A DNA stretch of 63,853 bases, filler included, from Octopus bimaculoides (lineage: Eukaryota): the NCBI RefSeq assembly GCF_001194135.2. It is 7 parts of 5 records of this genome, joined end to end, with 100 filler letters (N's around TTAATTAATTAA, not from the genome) between each part and the next. Parts side by side here need not be neighbours in the genome. Positions count along the whole stretch, not along the records: positions 33,700 to 45,405 come from NC_068997.1; positions 45,506 to 50,759 come from NC_068991.1; positions 50,860 to 57,715 come from NW_026320842.1; 4 more parts are not named here. One strand, 5' to 3'. Below are positions 38,741 to 51,001 of the stretch, piece by piece. The notes beneath the pieces are model-generated. The model was not told the DNA's origin. It did no database searches and saw nothing but the letters and a program-made list of their open reading frames with translations. A program made the translations under genes and the position numbers. How positions within the stretch are numbered: position 1 is the first letter of the stretch; the number at the start of each line of letters is the position of its first letter.

Positions 38741-39458
38741 CATAATTGAAATGATAATAAAACTGATATATCTGTAAACCACAAATGGAGACACTTGCAA
38801 AACATTAGGGCACTAAAGCATACGTACACACGTACTTGTATATCTACAAGCATATATTCATATGCATAGATATATACACACACACACACACACACATGCA
38901 TACAAACATATACGCCAGGCAACATACACGCACACTCAGATAAACATACATACATACATACGTGCGTATACATGGGTCGCGTCCAGTGAAATTCTCTGCG
39001 TGTAATAACAGCATTAACTGTTATTATTCTTTATTATACTTTGTAAAGTTTCCCATACGATATCGTTGTGCAAAGAAAGTAAAAAGAGGAAGGAGTAGAC
39101 AAATATAGACAGACAGAATGAGAGAGAGCGAAAAAGAAAAGAAAGAGAGAGACAGTAAGAGAGAGACGGACAAACAAAATAGACAGACAGATAGACGCTC
39201 AAAACAGAGACATAGGCAGAGAAAGAGATAAAGGGAGCAGTAGGAGGAGGTTGATAATCAAGAAGGAAGAGGTTAATGTTTGATGATTAGTTAAAATCAT
39301 TATATTATCGCTACATTATTTCATTACCGGACAAATTATACGTCGGAACGCCCAAATCACGGACGACTAAAGATAAGCTTCCTTAAAAACCGCCATTTTA
39401 ATCTGCCCTTGCACTCCTTCCCTGTCTCATCCTCTCTCTCTCTTTCTCTCTCTCTCTA

Positions 39459-39498
<40 letters not shown>

Positions 39499-39798
39499 AC
39501 TCTCCGTCTTTCTCTCTCTTCTCTCTTTTATTGTTGTCGCCATATTATTATTTACCGCTCGCCTTCTCTTTATCACCTTTCAAAGATAAGATGAAACTAT
39601 GTGGAGTATTATATGTGAACACACACACACACACACGCACACACACATGCATATATAAATATACGAACAAATATATGTGTATATATATATGTGTGTGTGT
39701 GTGTATGTGTATGTATTATATATACGTATGTACATACATATGCATATATAGATGTATACATATATCTAATTCATATTTGAATATATACATATGCATAC

Positions 39799-39913
<115 letters not shown>

Positions 39914-40469
39914 AATTTGAGGGTGTGTGTGTGTGTGCGGATGTTGCACCAGACTGCCCGAAGATTACGCGACATGGTCCGAGGTGTTTGTTTAACTGTG
40001 AATAATAAAATGATAGGCGAAAGTTGGTGGCCACAAGTACTACAGAGGTGTGAGATTGATTTGCTGGTTACCATAGTAACTATCCAGCATTTTGGAATTG
40101 TATATACGCACGCACATATATACATGTATGTATGTATGTATGTATGTATGTATCGCAGGCATGGGTGCGCGGTTATGTAGATCGTTTCGCAACCAAATGG
40201 TTTTCGGTTCAAAGTTGTCATTAGATGCCTATTTTGTGTTGAAACCAAAGTCACTAATAGTTCAACACAAGAAAAGATTAAAGTCTTTCCAACAAAATCC
40301 AATGCTTGAGCATTATATGGAAGGAAGATTCTAGATTCTCTTAAGTCTAGTTTGTATTTCTAAGCAGCGAAATGATATATCACTGGTATTGTAGCAAGAT
40401 TGCTTCTTGCGGCCTTTAAAATTAATCCTTTTCCTTTCTTCTAGAAATTCTAGTAGAGATTATAACCAC

Positions 40470-41450
40470 AGCATGCGTTGGTTACCGATGCGCAAACATG
40501 TGCTGAATGAAGCTGCGCCACCTGCAGTTTTTTCCTGATAAGTAACTAGGTGTGCTCTCTGTTTGCAAATACATTTTCCCGCAGCTCATCTCTAAGTTGC
40601 ACTTCTGAATCCTGAAAGGACCAAGATTGGGTACTTCATGATGAATGACTTCAGGCACTTACTCACGTCCTCAGACAGCCGGCCAATGTGGTCCATGTGG
40701 GATTCCTCTTTAGCAATACATATACGAGAGAGTTGGTAAATAAGAGCGATGATGTTCTAGAAAAAACTCTATGTGTGAACGAAGACGAAACGGTTGGTCT
40801 GTTTCGGAGGACCTTCAGAACGAAGCCTACAATGGATAACTTCCAAACACCCTTAGCCTGGCAACCTACAGAGGAACACTACCAGTTCGAGATAAATTCT
40901 ACATACACAGAAGTGACGCTACGCAGGATTGTTTGAAATGCGTTGTGCAAAAAAAAACCATCTTACACCCTTTCGCTTTCGCTTTCGCTTTCGCTTTCGC
41001 TTTCGCTTTGGCTTTCGTGCAGTGTCGGAGCATGACTGACTCGTGGAGGTATGTTGAACAGCTTGTAAGACGGATCTGGCTATCAGCAAAAGTCCATCGC
41101 CCTCCTTAACAAGGCAAAGCATCTGATGACCTTTTGTTGTCGCTGTGGCGAGCGAGGTTCTGTGGAAGACGAGACTGAAGTAATTGAGGCCAAACACAAT
41201 CTTCATTGACATTTCCAAGTTCCACTTGGTAAAAAAGTGAAGGTGGATAGGAAAGTGCCCTCATCCAACGAATTTGCCAAAAGATGGGTTACTCAAGCGA
41301 AAATGATTAGGGTGACTGGAATTACTCTGAGCATGTGGCTGTAGGTTGGAGCCTTTGGTGGTCAGGATGACCCTGAATTTATGTATGTTCGTTGATTGGC
41401 CCAGGTTGGAGGCTCTCCTGCATCAAGAAGACTGTATCATCATCAATATG
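40470..41450 (+). mobile_element. 3' fragment of a related L1/Tx1-like element with (TTTCGC)n expansion
   Basis: LFRRTF..MDNFQ..LAWQ..YRG.LPVRDK and AFVQCRSM match 5840-6280; it continues to the natural end FAKRWVTQAKMIRV..LSMWL*. Confidence 0.85.
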
Positions 41451-43232
41451 ATCATATTTTATATGCTATTTGTACAATTTACCTGAATTTTGCTTCTCTC
41501 TCCATCGTTGTATGTAAATTGTGAAGTTATAATGTCTCCCTCAATGGACGCACTTGTAGCAAGTAAATCGTCATCGTCATCGTCGTCGTCGTCGTCCTCT
41601 TCGTCATCATCATCATCATTGTCATCTTTGTGGTCAACGTTGTCGTTGTTGTTGCAGTTTTTGTTTAAAAAAGAACAAAAAAAACAACAAAATGGTGTCC
41701 CTGACAATGTAGCGATAATTCAATAGAACGTCACCTTCATGTTTCGACCGGGCTACACAGAATATGCATATGTACATATGACATACATACATACATACAC
41801 ACCTATATGAAGTGTGTATATGTATACATACTCTTTATATGAGTGTCTGTGCGTGCGTATATAAATATACATGCATATATATATATATGCATATACATAT
41901 ATATGTGTATGTATAAATATATATATNNNNNNNNNNNNNNNNNNNNNNNNNNNNNNNNNNNNNNNNNNNNNNNNNNNNNNNNNNNNNNNNNNNNNNNNNN
42001 NNNNNNNNNNNNNNNNNNNNNNNNNNNNNNNNNNNNNNNNNNNNNNNNNNNNNNNNNNNNNNNNNNNNNNNNNNNNNNNNNNNNNNNNNNNNNNNNNNNN
42101 NNNNNNNNNNNNNNNNNNNNNNNNNNNNNNNNNNNNNNNNNNNNNNNNNNNNNNNNNNNNNNNNNNNNNNNNNNNNNNNNNNNNNNNNNNNNNNNNNNNN
42201 NNNNNNNNNNNNNNNNNNNNNNNNNNNNNNNNNNNNNNNNNNNNNNNNNNNNNNNNNNNNNNNNNNNNNNNNNNNNNNNNNNNNNNNNNNNNNNNNNNNN
42301 NNNNNNNNNNNNNNNNNNNNNNNNNNNNNNNNNNNNNNNNNNNNNNNNNNNNNNNNNNNNNNNNNNNNNNNNNNNNNNNNNNNNNNNNNNNNNNNNNNNN
42401 NNNNNNNNNNNNNNNNNNNNNNNNNNNNNNNNNNNNNNNNNNNNNNNNNNNNNNNNNNNNNNNNNNNNNNNNNNNNNNNNNNNNNNNNNNNNNNNNNNNN
42501 NNNNNNNNNNNNNNNNNNNNNNNNNNNNNNNNNNNNNNNNNNNNNNNNNNNNNNNNNNNNNNNNNNNNNNNNNNNNNNNNNNNNNNNNNNNNNNNNNNNN
42601 NNNNNNNNNNNNNNNNNNNNNNNNNNNNNNNNNNNNNNNTATATATATGTATAAGTATAAGTATTTATATATTCATATGTGTCTGTACCTCTGGGTGCAT
42701 ATGTATCTATGAATCATATGTATATATATATATATATATATATATCATATGCGTTCAAAAATGTTGATATCATCATTCAACTATGAATTATCGAAAAACC
42801 ATTATGTCTATTGTGTATATTGTTATGCCATCGGAAGTTTGCAAAAATCTCTTTACTAAACATGGCAGTTTTATTTTCTATCAACTCAATAACTTTTCCC
42901 TGCAACCTGGGAGAGACACCATCCTGTATTGATATATCGCCTTTCACTTCCCTGCTTGTAACTCCATTTTGGTTGTGACCAAGTAAAATAGAGCAGAGCG
43001 GTAAGTTGTAGTAGGGCGTATGGAGAATAGAGAAACATAGGTGTGGAGGACGGGAGAAAGAAGATGAAGCGGGTATTAAGTTAGAGAGACGTAGGGATGT
43101 TTCATTGTTCGATGGGGAGGAGGTGTTCAATATGTCGGGTGTTAGTGTTGGCAAGCATTGAAACTTCAATACGGTGTTTGGTGTTTCATAAAGACAATTT
43201 AATTTTATGTACACATATAGAGAGAGTTGTGT

Positions 43233-43278
<46 letters not shown>

Positions 43279-43384
43279 ATGCCTGTGTGTGTATTTATAT
43301 ATAAATATAGTAGTAGTAGTAGTAGTATATAAATAACTTCGTATAGATATTTACACACGATTGATGAATTTACCCTTACCCACG

Positions 43385-43505
43385 AGAGCTTGGTCGACCC
43401 GAGTTATTGTAGAAGACACTTGTCCAAGGTGCAGGGCAGTGGAATTGAACTCAAAATCACGAGACTGCGAAGCGAACTTCTTAACCAAACGACCACGAGT
43501 GAGAC
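43385..43505 (-). mobile_element. CORE-like SINE 5' fragment
   Basis: Minus strand gagttcaattccactgccctgcaccttggacaagtgtcttctac. Confidence 0.7.
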
Positions 43506-44001
43506 AACGAATTTAAATTCTCTTATGTGTTTTCCTTACATCAGTAGATGCGAAAATATATTTGATATTACAACCTGATATTACTGTTCTTGACATAAAC
43601 TAAATTTATCTTAAACAAATTTATGCTATAAATATGAAATATAATTTCAAACAATGAATTTCAATTTTCTAATTACGCTGTACATTTTCTTTTTAAACCT
43701 TAATTATTGCTTCTCGAAAATATTTGGAGTTATATTATAATGGTTTTAGTTGGTTTTGCGTATTTTTTGTTTGCTTTTTAATTTTTACCTCATTCCAAAT
43801 CTTGCGAATTGTTCAAGAACAATTAAGAGGTTGTTAAGGCCAAAATATAAATTCAAGTTCTCTTTCTTCATATTTATACTCATATCATTTTCTATTATAT
43901 TTCTCTTTCTCTACACAATAGTAATATTTTACAACAGTTTTATTACGTTTCAAAAATATTTAATATGTTATAAAACATGAAATATATATATATGATATAT
44001 A

Positions 44002-44090
44002 TCGTGGCACTCCGTCGCTTACGACGATGAGGGTTCCAGTTGGTTCAATCAACGGAACAGCCTGCTCGTGAAATTAACGTGCAAGTAGCT
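44002..44090 (-). mobile_element. SINE B 3' fragment
   Basis: ggcactccgtcgcttacgacgatgagggttccag...gaaattaacgtgcaagt. Confidence 0.85.
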
Positions 44091-44107
44091 ATTCCACATG
44101 TATTGAT

Positions 44108-44460
44108 GTATGGCAGGTGTCTTCTACTATAGCCTCGGGCCGACCAAAGCCTTCTGAGTGGATTTGGTACACGGAAACTGAAAGAAGCCCGTCGTATATA
44201 AATATATGTGTGCGTGTGTGTGTATGTGCATGTGTGTGTGCGTGTGCGTATTCGTATGTGTGTCTGAGTTTGTCCTCGCATCATCGCTTGACAACCGATG
44301 TTGGTGCATTTACGTCCCCGTAACTTAGCAGTTCGGCAAAAGAGACGACGGATGCAATAAGTACTAGGCTTACAAAGAATAAGTCCGGGGGTCGATTTGT
44401 TCGACTAAAAGGCGATGCTCCAGCATGGCTGCAATCAAATGATTGAAACGAATAAAAGTT
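44108..44460 (+). mobile_element. SINE A, 5'-truncated
   Basis: CORE-like block, internal microsatellite, tail gcaatcaaatgattg. Confidence 0.85.
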
Positions 44461-44499
44461 TATAAAAGTATATATACAAATGTACATATATGCGTGTAT

Positions 44500-44576
<77 letters not shown>

Positions 44577-44648
44577 ATAATTTAAAGGACAGACCCTGGG
44601 AATAATTACAAGGTAGTTAAATATTACTCAAGTTTCACAATTTTCCTG

Positions 44649-44692
<44 letters not shown>

Positions 44693-44839
44693 CGTGCGTG
44701 TGTGTGTGTGTGTGTATATACATACATATATGTATACACATTTATATATATTTGTCTATATATATATAAATACACACGCACACACACACACACACACACA
44801 TACACACATATATATATATGTATATATCTATATAAACCT

Positions 44840-45135
44840 CCACTCCGCCCCGCCGTCCCTCTTGTGTTTTGTGTATCGGTGAGTGTGGAAAGCGTGCAAT
44901 ATTACCGAATAAAGTTGATTAACATTTTACGATGAATAATGAAAACAGCGAAGAAGAAAGTGGATTAAGTTAGTGATGGGGTAGACACAGCGAGAATAAT
45001 GATAGGTCGTGCGGAAAACTTTGATTGGACAACCCACTCTTTCGTCACTTCAGTTTGACGCGAGTGCGCACGCGCATGCTTACTCCTAACACATGTTGTA
45101 TCGTTCTACGTATGCAGTAACAAATCCGCCCACGT
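44840..45135. promoter_or_regulatory. Candidate CpG-rich promoter upstream of MRPL33
   Basis: About 20 CpG in 300 bp; GC boxes (44846, 45126); inverted CCAAT (45024-45028); TGCGCACGCGCA at 45065-45076. Separated from the gene by an unsized gap. Confidence 0.45.
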
Positions 45136-45361
45136 ATGATATAGATATACACATACGTACATTTACATGCATACATGCATATGCACACACACACGCGCAC
45201 ACACGCGCGCACGCATGCATTCTCACACTTATGCAGAGTTACAGAATCACTCACACAACATATATACATATACATAGACACACTCACACACACGCACGCG
45301 TACTCAAGCCACATGCACACATGAGCACACACACACACATATATATACATACACACATTAT

Positions 45362-45405
<44 letters not shown>

Positions 45406-45505
45406 NNNNNNNNNNNNNNNNNNNNNNNNNNNNNNNNNNNNNNNNNNNNTTAATTAATTAANNNNNNNNNNNNNNNNNNNNNNNNNNNNNNNNNNNNNNN
45501 NNNNN

Positions 45506-45710
45506 TAAATCAAAGCTGGACCTCTTCCTGTCGAGAGTCCCAGATGAACCTACCTCGCAGCAAGAGGTGCAAATGAGGGTTGCTAAATCAAACTCCATTC
45601 TTCACCAAGTGCCACATATTGTAAGAGGCTCCCTGTAATAACAGGGTAGCAACACGGCGGTGCATCAGCATGGCCGCAGCTCTAAGCTGAAACTATAAAT
45701 AAAAAAAAAA
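45506..45710 (+). mobile_element. CR1-like LINE 3' end
   Basis: KSKLDLFLSRVPDEP, then a 3' UTR ending cggtgcatcagcatggccgcagctctaagctgaaac; near-identical copy at 50545-50745. Confidence 0.8.
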
Positions 45711-45736
45711 AATTTAAAAAAATCACAATTGTTGGC

Positions 45737-45956
45737 TTAATACTTTAGCATTCAGATTACTCATTAAAGTGCAATGCCTATTCACATTGTTTTGAATTAA
45801 TCATGCATTATAGCTTTGAGATTTCAATTATGTGAGTGTTTATTTTTAGAATGCCATTGTAGGGTAGGTGTGAAAGACTTGATCTAGTCAGTTTGAACAT
45901 AAAACGGGTTGAACATTTTGAGCCAGATCTGGTCAATTTGAATGTGAAAGAGTTAA
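45737..45956. mobile_element. MITE-like element with TTAA ends (piggyBac-like, decayed)
   Basis: ttaa-tactttagcattc ... gaatgtgaaagag-ttaa imperfect TIRs. Confidence 0.5.
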
Positions 45957-46215
45957 ACGGCAATGTTCTTGGTTTGACATAACTATCATTTTAACAATAG
46001 TCAGGGCTTAGAAGAAAGAATTTACCAAAGGTTTAAAGTTAATATTGATCTGTTGCTGAAACTCAATAAAGGATAGTTTATCTTTGCCATAAATCACCTT
46101 CTCCACTTTTGTTCATCATTCACTACATTTTCCCCAACTCTCATCTTTTGCTGTTTTGTTGCAATTTTATTGCAGTTTGTTCAATTTGTGACATGTATTT
46201 TTTATATTTTGCAAG

Positions 46216-46322
46216 AGTGCTGTTGGTCCTCATGGAGAGCTGTGCAGGTACAGGACACAAATTTGCTGCTGTCCGGTTAAAATCTGCAGATAAGGCTGCA
46301 ATGATCCGTTTTGATCCATGGG
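46216..46322 (+). CDS. MRPL33: Mitochondrial ribosomal protein L33 (bL33m), internal coding exon (107 nt, phase 2 to 1)
   Basis: Acceptor tttttatattttgcaag, donor GGG/gtgagt. Encodes VLLVLMESCAGTGHKFAAVRLKSADKAAMIRFDPW, aligning with the L33 pattern ILVRMVSEAGTG...LLHYDP. Confidence 0.9.
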
Positions 46323-46527
46323 GTGAGTACAGTCCATTATTTTGCTATTTTGGTGCTACTGTAGTTATTAAGCATCAGTGATGCCAATACAACAGAAAAT
46401 ATTCTGCAAATGATTATTTTTGTACATTGCATGAAATTTAAGGTGATTGACATTGTGAATTGAATACTTATAACTACTGAACCTTTTCAGAAACATAACT
46501 CTGCTTGCTTCAGTTTAATTGGCTGAT

Positions 46528-46898
46528 TGTTGTTGTTGGCACTCCGTCGCTTACGATGTCGAGGGCTCCAATTGATCCAATCAACAGAACAGCCTGCTCA
46601 TGAAATTAACGTGCAAATGGCTGAGCACTCCATAGACACGTGTACCCTTAACATAGTTCTCGGGGATATTCAGCGTGACACATTGTGACAAGGCTGACCC
46701 TTTGAAATACAGGCACGACAGAAACAAGAAGTAAGAATGAGAGAAAGTTGTGGTGAAAGAGTACAGCAGGGTTCGCCACTATTCCCTGCCGAAGTGTTTT
46801 CGCTCAATAAACACTCACAACACCCGGTCTGGGAATCGAAACCGCGATCCTATGACCGTGAGTCTGCTGCCCTAACCACTGGGCCATTGCGCCTCCAC
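46528..46898 (-). mobile_element. SINE B, full length, in the MRPL33 intron, with 12-bp TSD
   Basis: TSD taattggctgat at 46516-46527 and 46899-46910. Confidence 0.92.
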
Positions 46899-47679
46899 TA
46901 ATTGGCTGATAGCATGCTTCATTCCTTTATCCTGATTAAATGTTGACAGTTGGAAGGACATAGATGTAAAGATAATTACTTCTGAAGTATATATATCCAA
47001 AATTGAAAGGAAAGATACTATTCCACTTATGTTAATACGGAAAATAATATTACAAAGTCCTGATTTATGTAGTGTATTTTCATCATAAAACCAACAAACT
47101 CATTTGATGAATATGATGTTTGCATTTGAGGACTTTTAATCCTTGTCTCGAAGACATCAATTTGTTGAGTCTTTTGCTGAGATTTTACTTGCCTTATTTA
47201 CCCAGTTTTCTCTGTTAAATCAAGGGTGCAATGACATATAATATGAATCAGTGTGTCTGATCTCAGTCTTCAGTAATGCTAGTAGGCAACTTATTCTGAA
47301 GTCTCTATACTTGAGCAGTAATGTGGAACATGACAGCACTGCATAAAACTTTGCTTAACCTTCTCACATCCATCACTAACTCACTCAATCTTGTTTATTC
47401 TGGTATGATATGAATAATGATACCAAGGACATTAAATTTATTTTAAACTTACATAGACAGCAAAATTAATGCTGAAAGTTAATTTTTTCCAAGCCACACC
47501 AGCATGAAGACCTGAAAGAAAAATGATGATCATGATAACTTTGATTATTTCAGTGTGCAAATTAATTTATAATTTGTTTATAGTTATTTATTCTTCCACG
47601 TAATTTTCCTTTATTTTCTCAACAGGAAAAGGAAAGTGCAAGAGTGAGCAAATTAAAATGAGAAAAGGTTAGAGTAAGA

Positions 47680-47885
47680 GGTGGCCGGAATCACTAGAGT
47701 TTTAAGAAAAATGCCTTACTGTATTTCATTTAGCTTGCTGCATTTTGAGTTCAGATCCTGCCGAGGTCAACTTTGCTTTTATCTCTCCGGTGCTGATAAA
47801 ATAGCCTGTCAAGTACTGAGATCGGTGGAATTGACTAATCACCTCTCTTCAAAATTACTAGCTTTGTTCTTAAAATAGAAACCCA
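47680..47885 (+). mobile_element. Decayed SINE C
   Basis: gagttcagatcctgccgaggtcaactttgcttttatc..gataaaata. Confidence 0.65.
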
Positions 47886-47931
47886 TTAATTTTCTCAGTG
47901 TTTCCGATTGACATTCCTTCTAATTGTTATT

Positions 47932-48100
47932 CTGTCATCATCATTTAATGTCTGTTTTCCATGCTGGCATTGGTTGGATGGTTTGACAGGAGCTGACAAA
48001 GTCTACAGGGTACTTTTTATATGGATTCAGCACAGGAGTTTTTTATGTGGCACCAGCATGAGTACTTTTTACATAGCACCACTGACTTTCTCCGTCTCTA
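47932..48100 (-). mobile_element. RTE-type 3' tail repeat with (GAT)n end; related pieces at 50860-50905 (+) and 51533-51800 (-)
   Basis: catcatcatttaatgtctgttttccatgc is the reverse complement of the atggaaagcggacgttaaacgatgatgat type end. Confidence 0.6.
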
Positions 48101-48249
48101 TCTCTCTCTCTCTTTCTCTCTCATTGCCACTTCAAACACTTCATTTTACTTCTGTCACTTATTCTCGGTTTGTTTTTTGATGGTCTCCTACTTCCACACT
48201 CTCCCTCAAATGTGGTGGATATTAGTACATATATTTTCTTTCTTTTCAG

Positions 48250-48299
48250 TTCAGCAAAGAGTACTTTACAAAGAGAAAAAGAAGCTGAAAACATTGTAA
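48250..48299 (+). CDS. MRPL33: MRPL33 terminal coding exon (50 nt)
   Basis: Acceptor ttttctttcttttcag; in frame with the previous exon: (V)QQRVLYKEKKKLKTL*, matching the L33 C-terminus VKQRVLFVEKK. Confidence 0.92.
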
Positions 48300-48324
48300 T
48301 AATTTTACCTGTATTAAATGTCTA

Positions 48325-48330
48325 AATAAA
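48325..48330 (+). terminator. Polyadenylation signal for MRPL33
   Basis: AATAAA 25 nt after the stop codon, followed by a T/GT-rich tract; ATTAAA at 48313. Confidence 0.6.
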
Positions 48331-50544
48331 CTTTTTGTATGTTTTTTCAATAGTTAAAATCTTATCTAATTTTTAGAAGACAGTTTTCATTATCTAAAAT
48401 ACTGATAAAGCAAATTTCTAACTTTACATTTTAAACTGGTTTTCAACACTGAATGGAAGTATAGAGTTAACGTTTGTTTTCTACAACCATCTCATCTCGT
48501 TTAGATGTTAGAAAAGAGTACTTGAAAGACCTGCTGTCTTTTGGCTGCTGAACAATGAGAAACCTCACAATACCTAAAAGTTAATTTAGATTTATGTTAG
48601 CTGATTGTAAATTCACAATGCATGCCAAAATGAAATGAGCAATATTGAGGAAGCCACAACGATATATAGGTATGAGCAATCATGCTGAGATGTATGAGAA
48701 TCTATTGAAATAACTGAAATAAACTATTACTGTTCAGCCTGTATAGAATAGTTTCAGTGACGCTCTATAATGATTTTTGTTAGGGGGAAGAAAAAAAATA
48801 ATAAACCCCGCAAGTATTACTACAACACCTATCATTTGAGTAGGCAGGAAATGTAATTATATGGTAGACAAGAATGATGTTGAGAAGTGAAGATGTGAGC
48901 TTTTATGGTTATAAGTGACATAAAAGTTGTTAATGTAAACAAAGAAGTGTGTAGAGAATCTGTTTTAGTTCTGAACTGGTAAAGTGAAAGTTGGATTGAG
49001 CTCACTGTACATGTAGTCATCTGCTACAAAGTTTTAACTCAGCGGGAGTGATAAGTTGCAAATACAAGAAGACTTTTCACATGGTTCTTGTATCAAATAT
49101 GAAGTATTTGCATGCAGTGTTAACAATTTTGCTTGTGCTGAAGTTTTTCAGCAGTTAAACCACTACTGTTATCTAAGAAATGTTTACAGAGAGCCTGACT
49201 TGTAAATCTTGATCTATGAACAAAAGAAATTGAAGTTTGTAGGGCAATCACTTTAAAAATGTTGCTAGGGGTCAGGGAAATATTTTTCTGTTTACTTGCT
49301 GCAGAGAAGAGACCACTTCTTCTCCAAACCTAACACATGCTATGCAAACTCTCCTAAGTTGTTACTATTAATGCTTCCCTTGAGTCATAGCAATTCAATA
49401 TCTGTGGGTAAGACATGAACTAGGAGGGTGTATTAGAGGATCCTCACTCTAGGAAGCACTGGGGAAGTTTGATTTAACAAGAGAAATGATGAGAGAAGTG
49501 AGTGATTTGGAAATGCTTGTGTAGTAGTTTCAGCCTGACCACCTCCAAGGAGATGAGGCCTGTATAGTAGTGGTACAAAAAACAGAGAGATACCTGCATG
49601 CTTGTGGTCTAGAAGCTAGAGTTTGCTTATGAGTGATTTTATGTCAGTCTAGTAATTTTTATATGTCAGGATACACTCTGTTATGCTTGTAGCAACACCA
49701 CCTCATATCTGAGAGAAGTATTCCATTGTGGGTCTCATTGGAGCTATGTAGAATACCAACAGTTGTTGGTGACTGTAGGATGAGATTAATAACTGGCTTT
49801 GTATTGTCAGTTGAGGGCAACAACTAATTTTCTTTGGTGATGGCTCCATTTTCTGCCATTGCTACATAAATTGGGGACCAAGCAAAGTTCTGATAAATAA
49901 ACTGAAATCAAATTCTTGGGTTCAATGTAATATCTCATTAACTCCAGGTGGCAGTTGCGAATAGTGTAACTTGCTGAATTGAATTGTTGATATTTTTTTT
50001 TTCCTTAGTTCAGTCTGGAGTCACAAATTATTACCAGACATGTTTCTTTGTTGGAAGCAAAACTTCAATTATTATGTTGTAGTGTATGTTAGTGAAATAT
50101 GCCCTCTTAATGTGAAATGCTTTGACCATCTTTAAATGTTGGTAGTATGGATGCAAGGACTGTATCTTAGCAAAGATATTTAAATAATTCCCTCTTTCTA
50201 GGGAACCATAGAATTTGATCTCAGTACTGTACAATAACAAAATAATAATCACATAAGGTCTCAGTTGCTTACAGCAATGCATAACACCTCCCCCACAGTA
50301 ATTACTTTGTATCATGATTTTTGTCCTGTTATTTCTTATTTGCTTACCCCTAGAAAGTATGAAAAATAACTAATATTTCCTTCAAACTTTGCTTTTGTTA
50401 CATTTATTCAAACTCCAAAGTACCCCTCTCAACACGTGGCTATGATGCTCCCCACACCACTCTTGCTCAGAGATGCACATATTGTCAGACACTAAGAGAC
50501 ATGCTCAAGTGGCTATGGAACCTGCACAAAGTAGATGTAGGGGT

Positions 50545-50745
50545 TTTTAAATCAAAGCTGGACCTCTTCCTGTCGAGAGTCCCAGATGAACCTACCTCAC
50601 TGCAAGAGGTGCAAATGAGGGTAGCTACATCAAACTCCATTCTTCACCAAGCACCACATATTGGAGGAGGCCCTCAGTAATAACAGTGTAGCAAAACAGC
50701 GGTGCATCAGCATGTCTGCAACTCTGAGCTGAAACTATAGCAATA
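50545..50745 (+). mobile_element. CR1-like LINE 3' end
   Basis: Near-identical to 45506-45710. Confidence 0.8.
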
Positions 50746-50907
50746 TATATATATATATANNNNNNNNNNNNNNNNNNNNNNNNNNNNNNNNNNNNNNNNN
50801 NNNTTAATTAATTAANNNNNNNNNNNNNNNNNNNNNNNNNNNNNNNNNNNNNNNNNNNNATGGAAAGCGGACGTTAAACGATGATGATGATGATGATGAT
50901 GATGACA

Positions 50908-51001
50908 AACTTTCAGTTTCCATCTATCAAAACCACTCACAAAACTTTGGTCAGTCTGGAGTTATAGTAGAAGACAGTTACCCAAGGTGCCATGCTGTGG
51001 G
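50908..51001 (-). mobile_element. Decayed SINE A fragment
   Basis: tttcagtttcc...cactcacaa..tttggtc..tagtagaagac..cccaaggtgcc with CpG loss. Confidence 0.7.

Noticed and set aside
41843-42767. Long ORFs containing X runs and YI/CV/TH/ER repeats (also 35.1, 51.9-55.2, 58-60.5 kb)
   Set aside because: Translations of microsatellites and N gaps.
42777-43358. 193-aa minus-strand ORF
   Set aside because: Starts in microsatellite; the remainder has no recognisable motif or clear splice boundaries.
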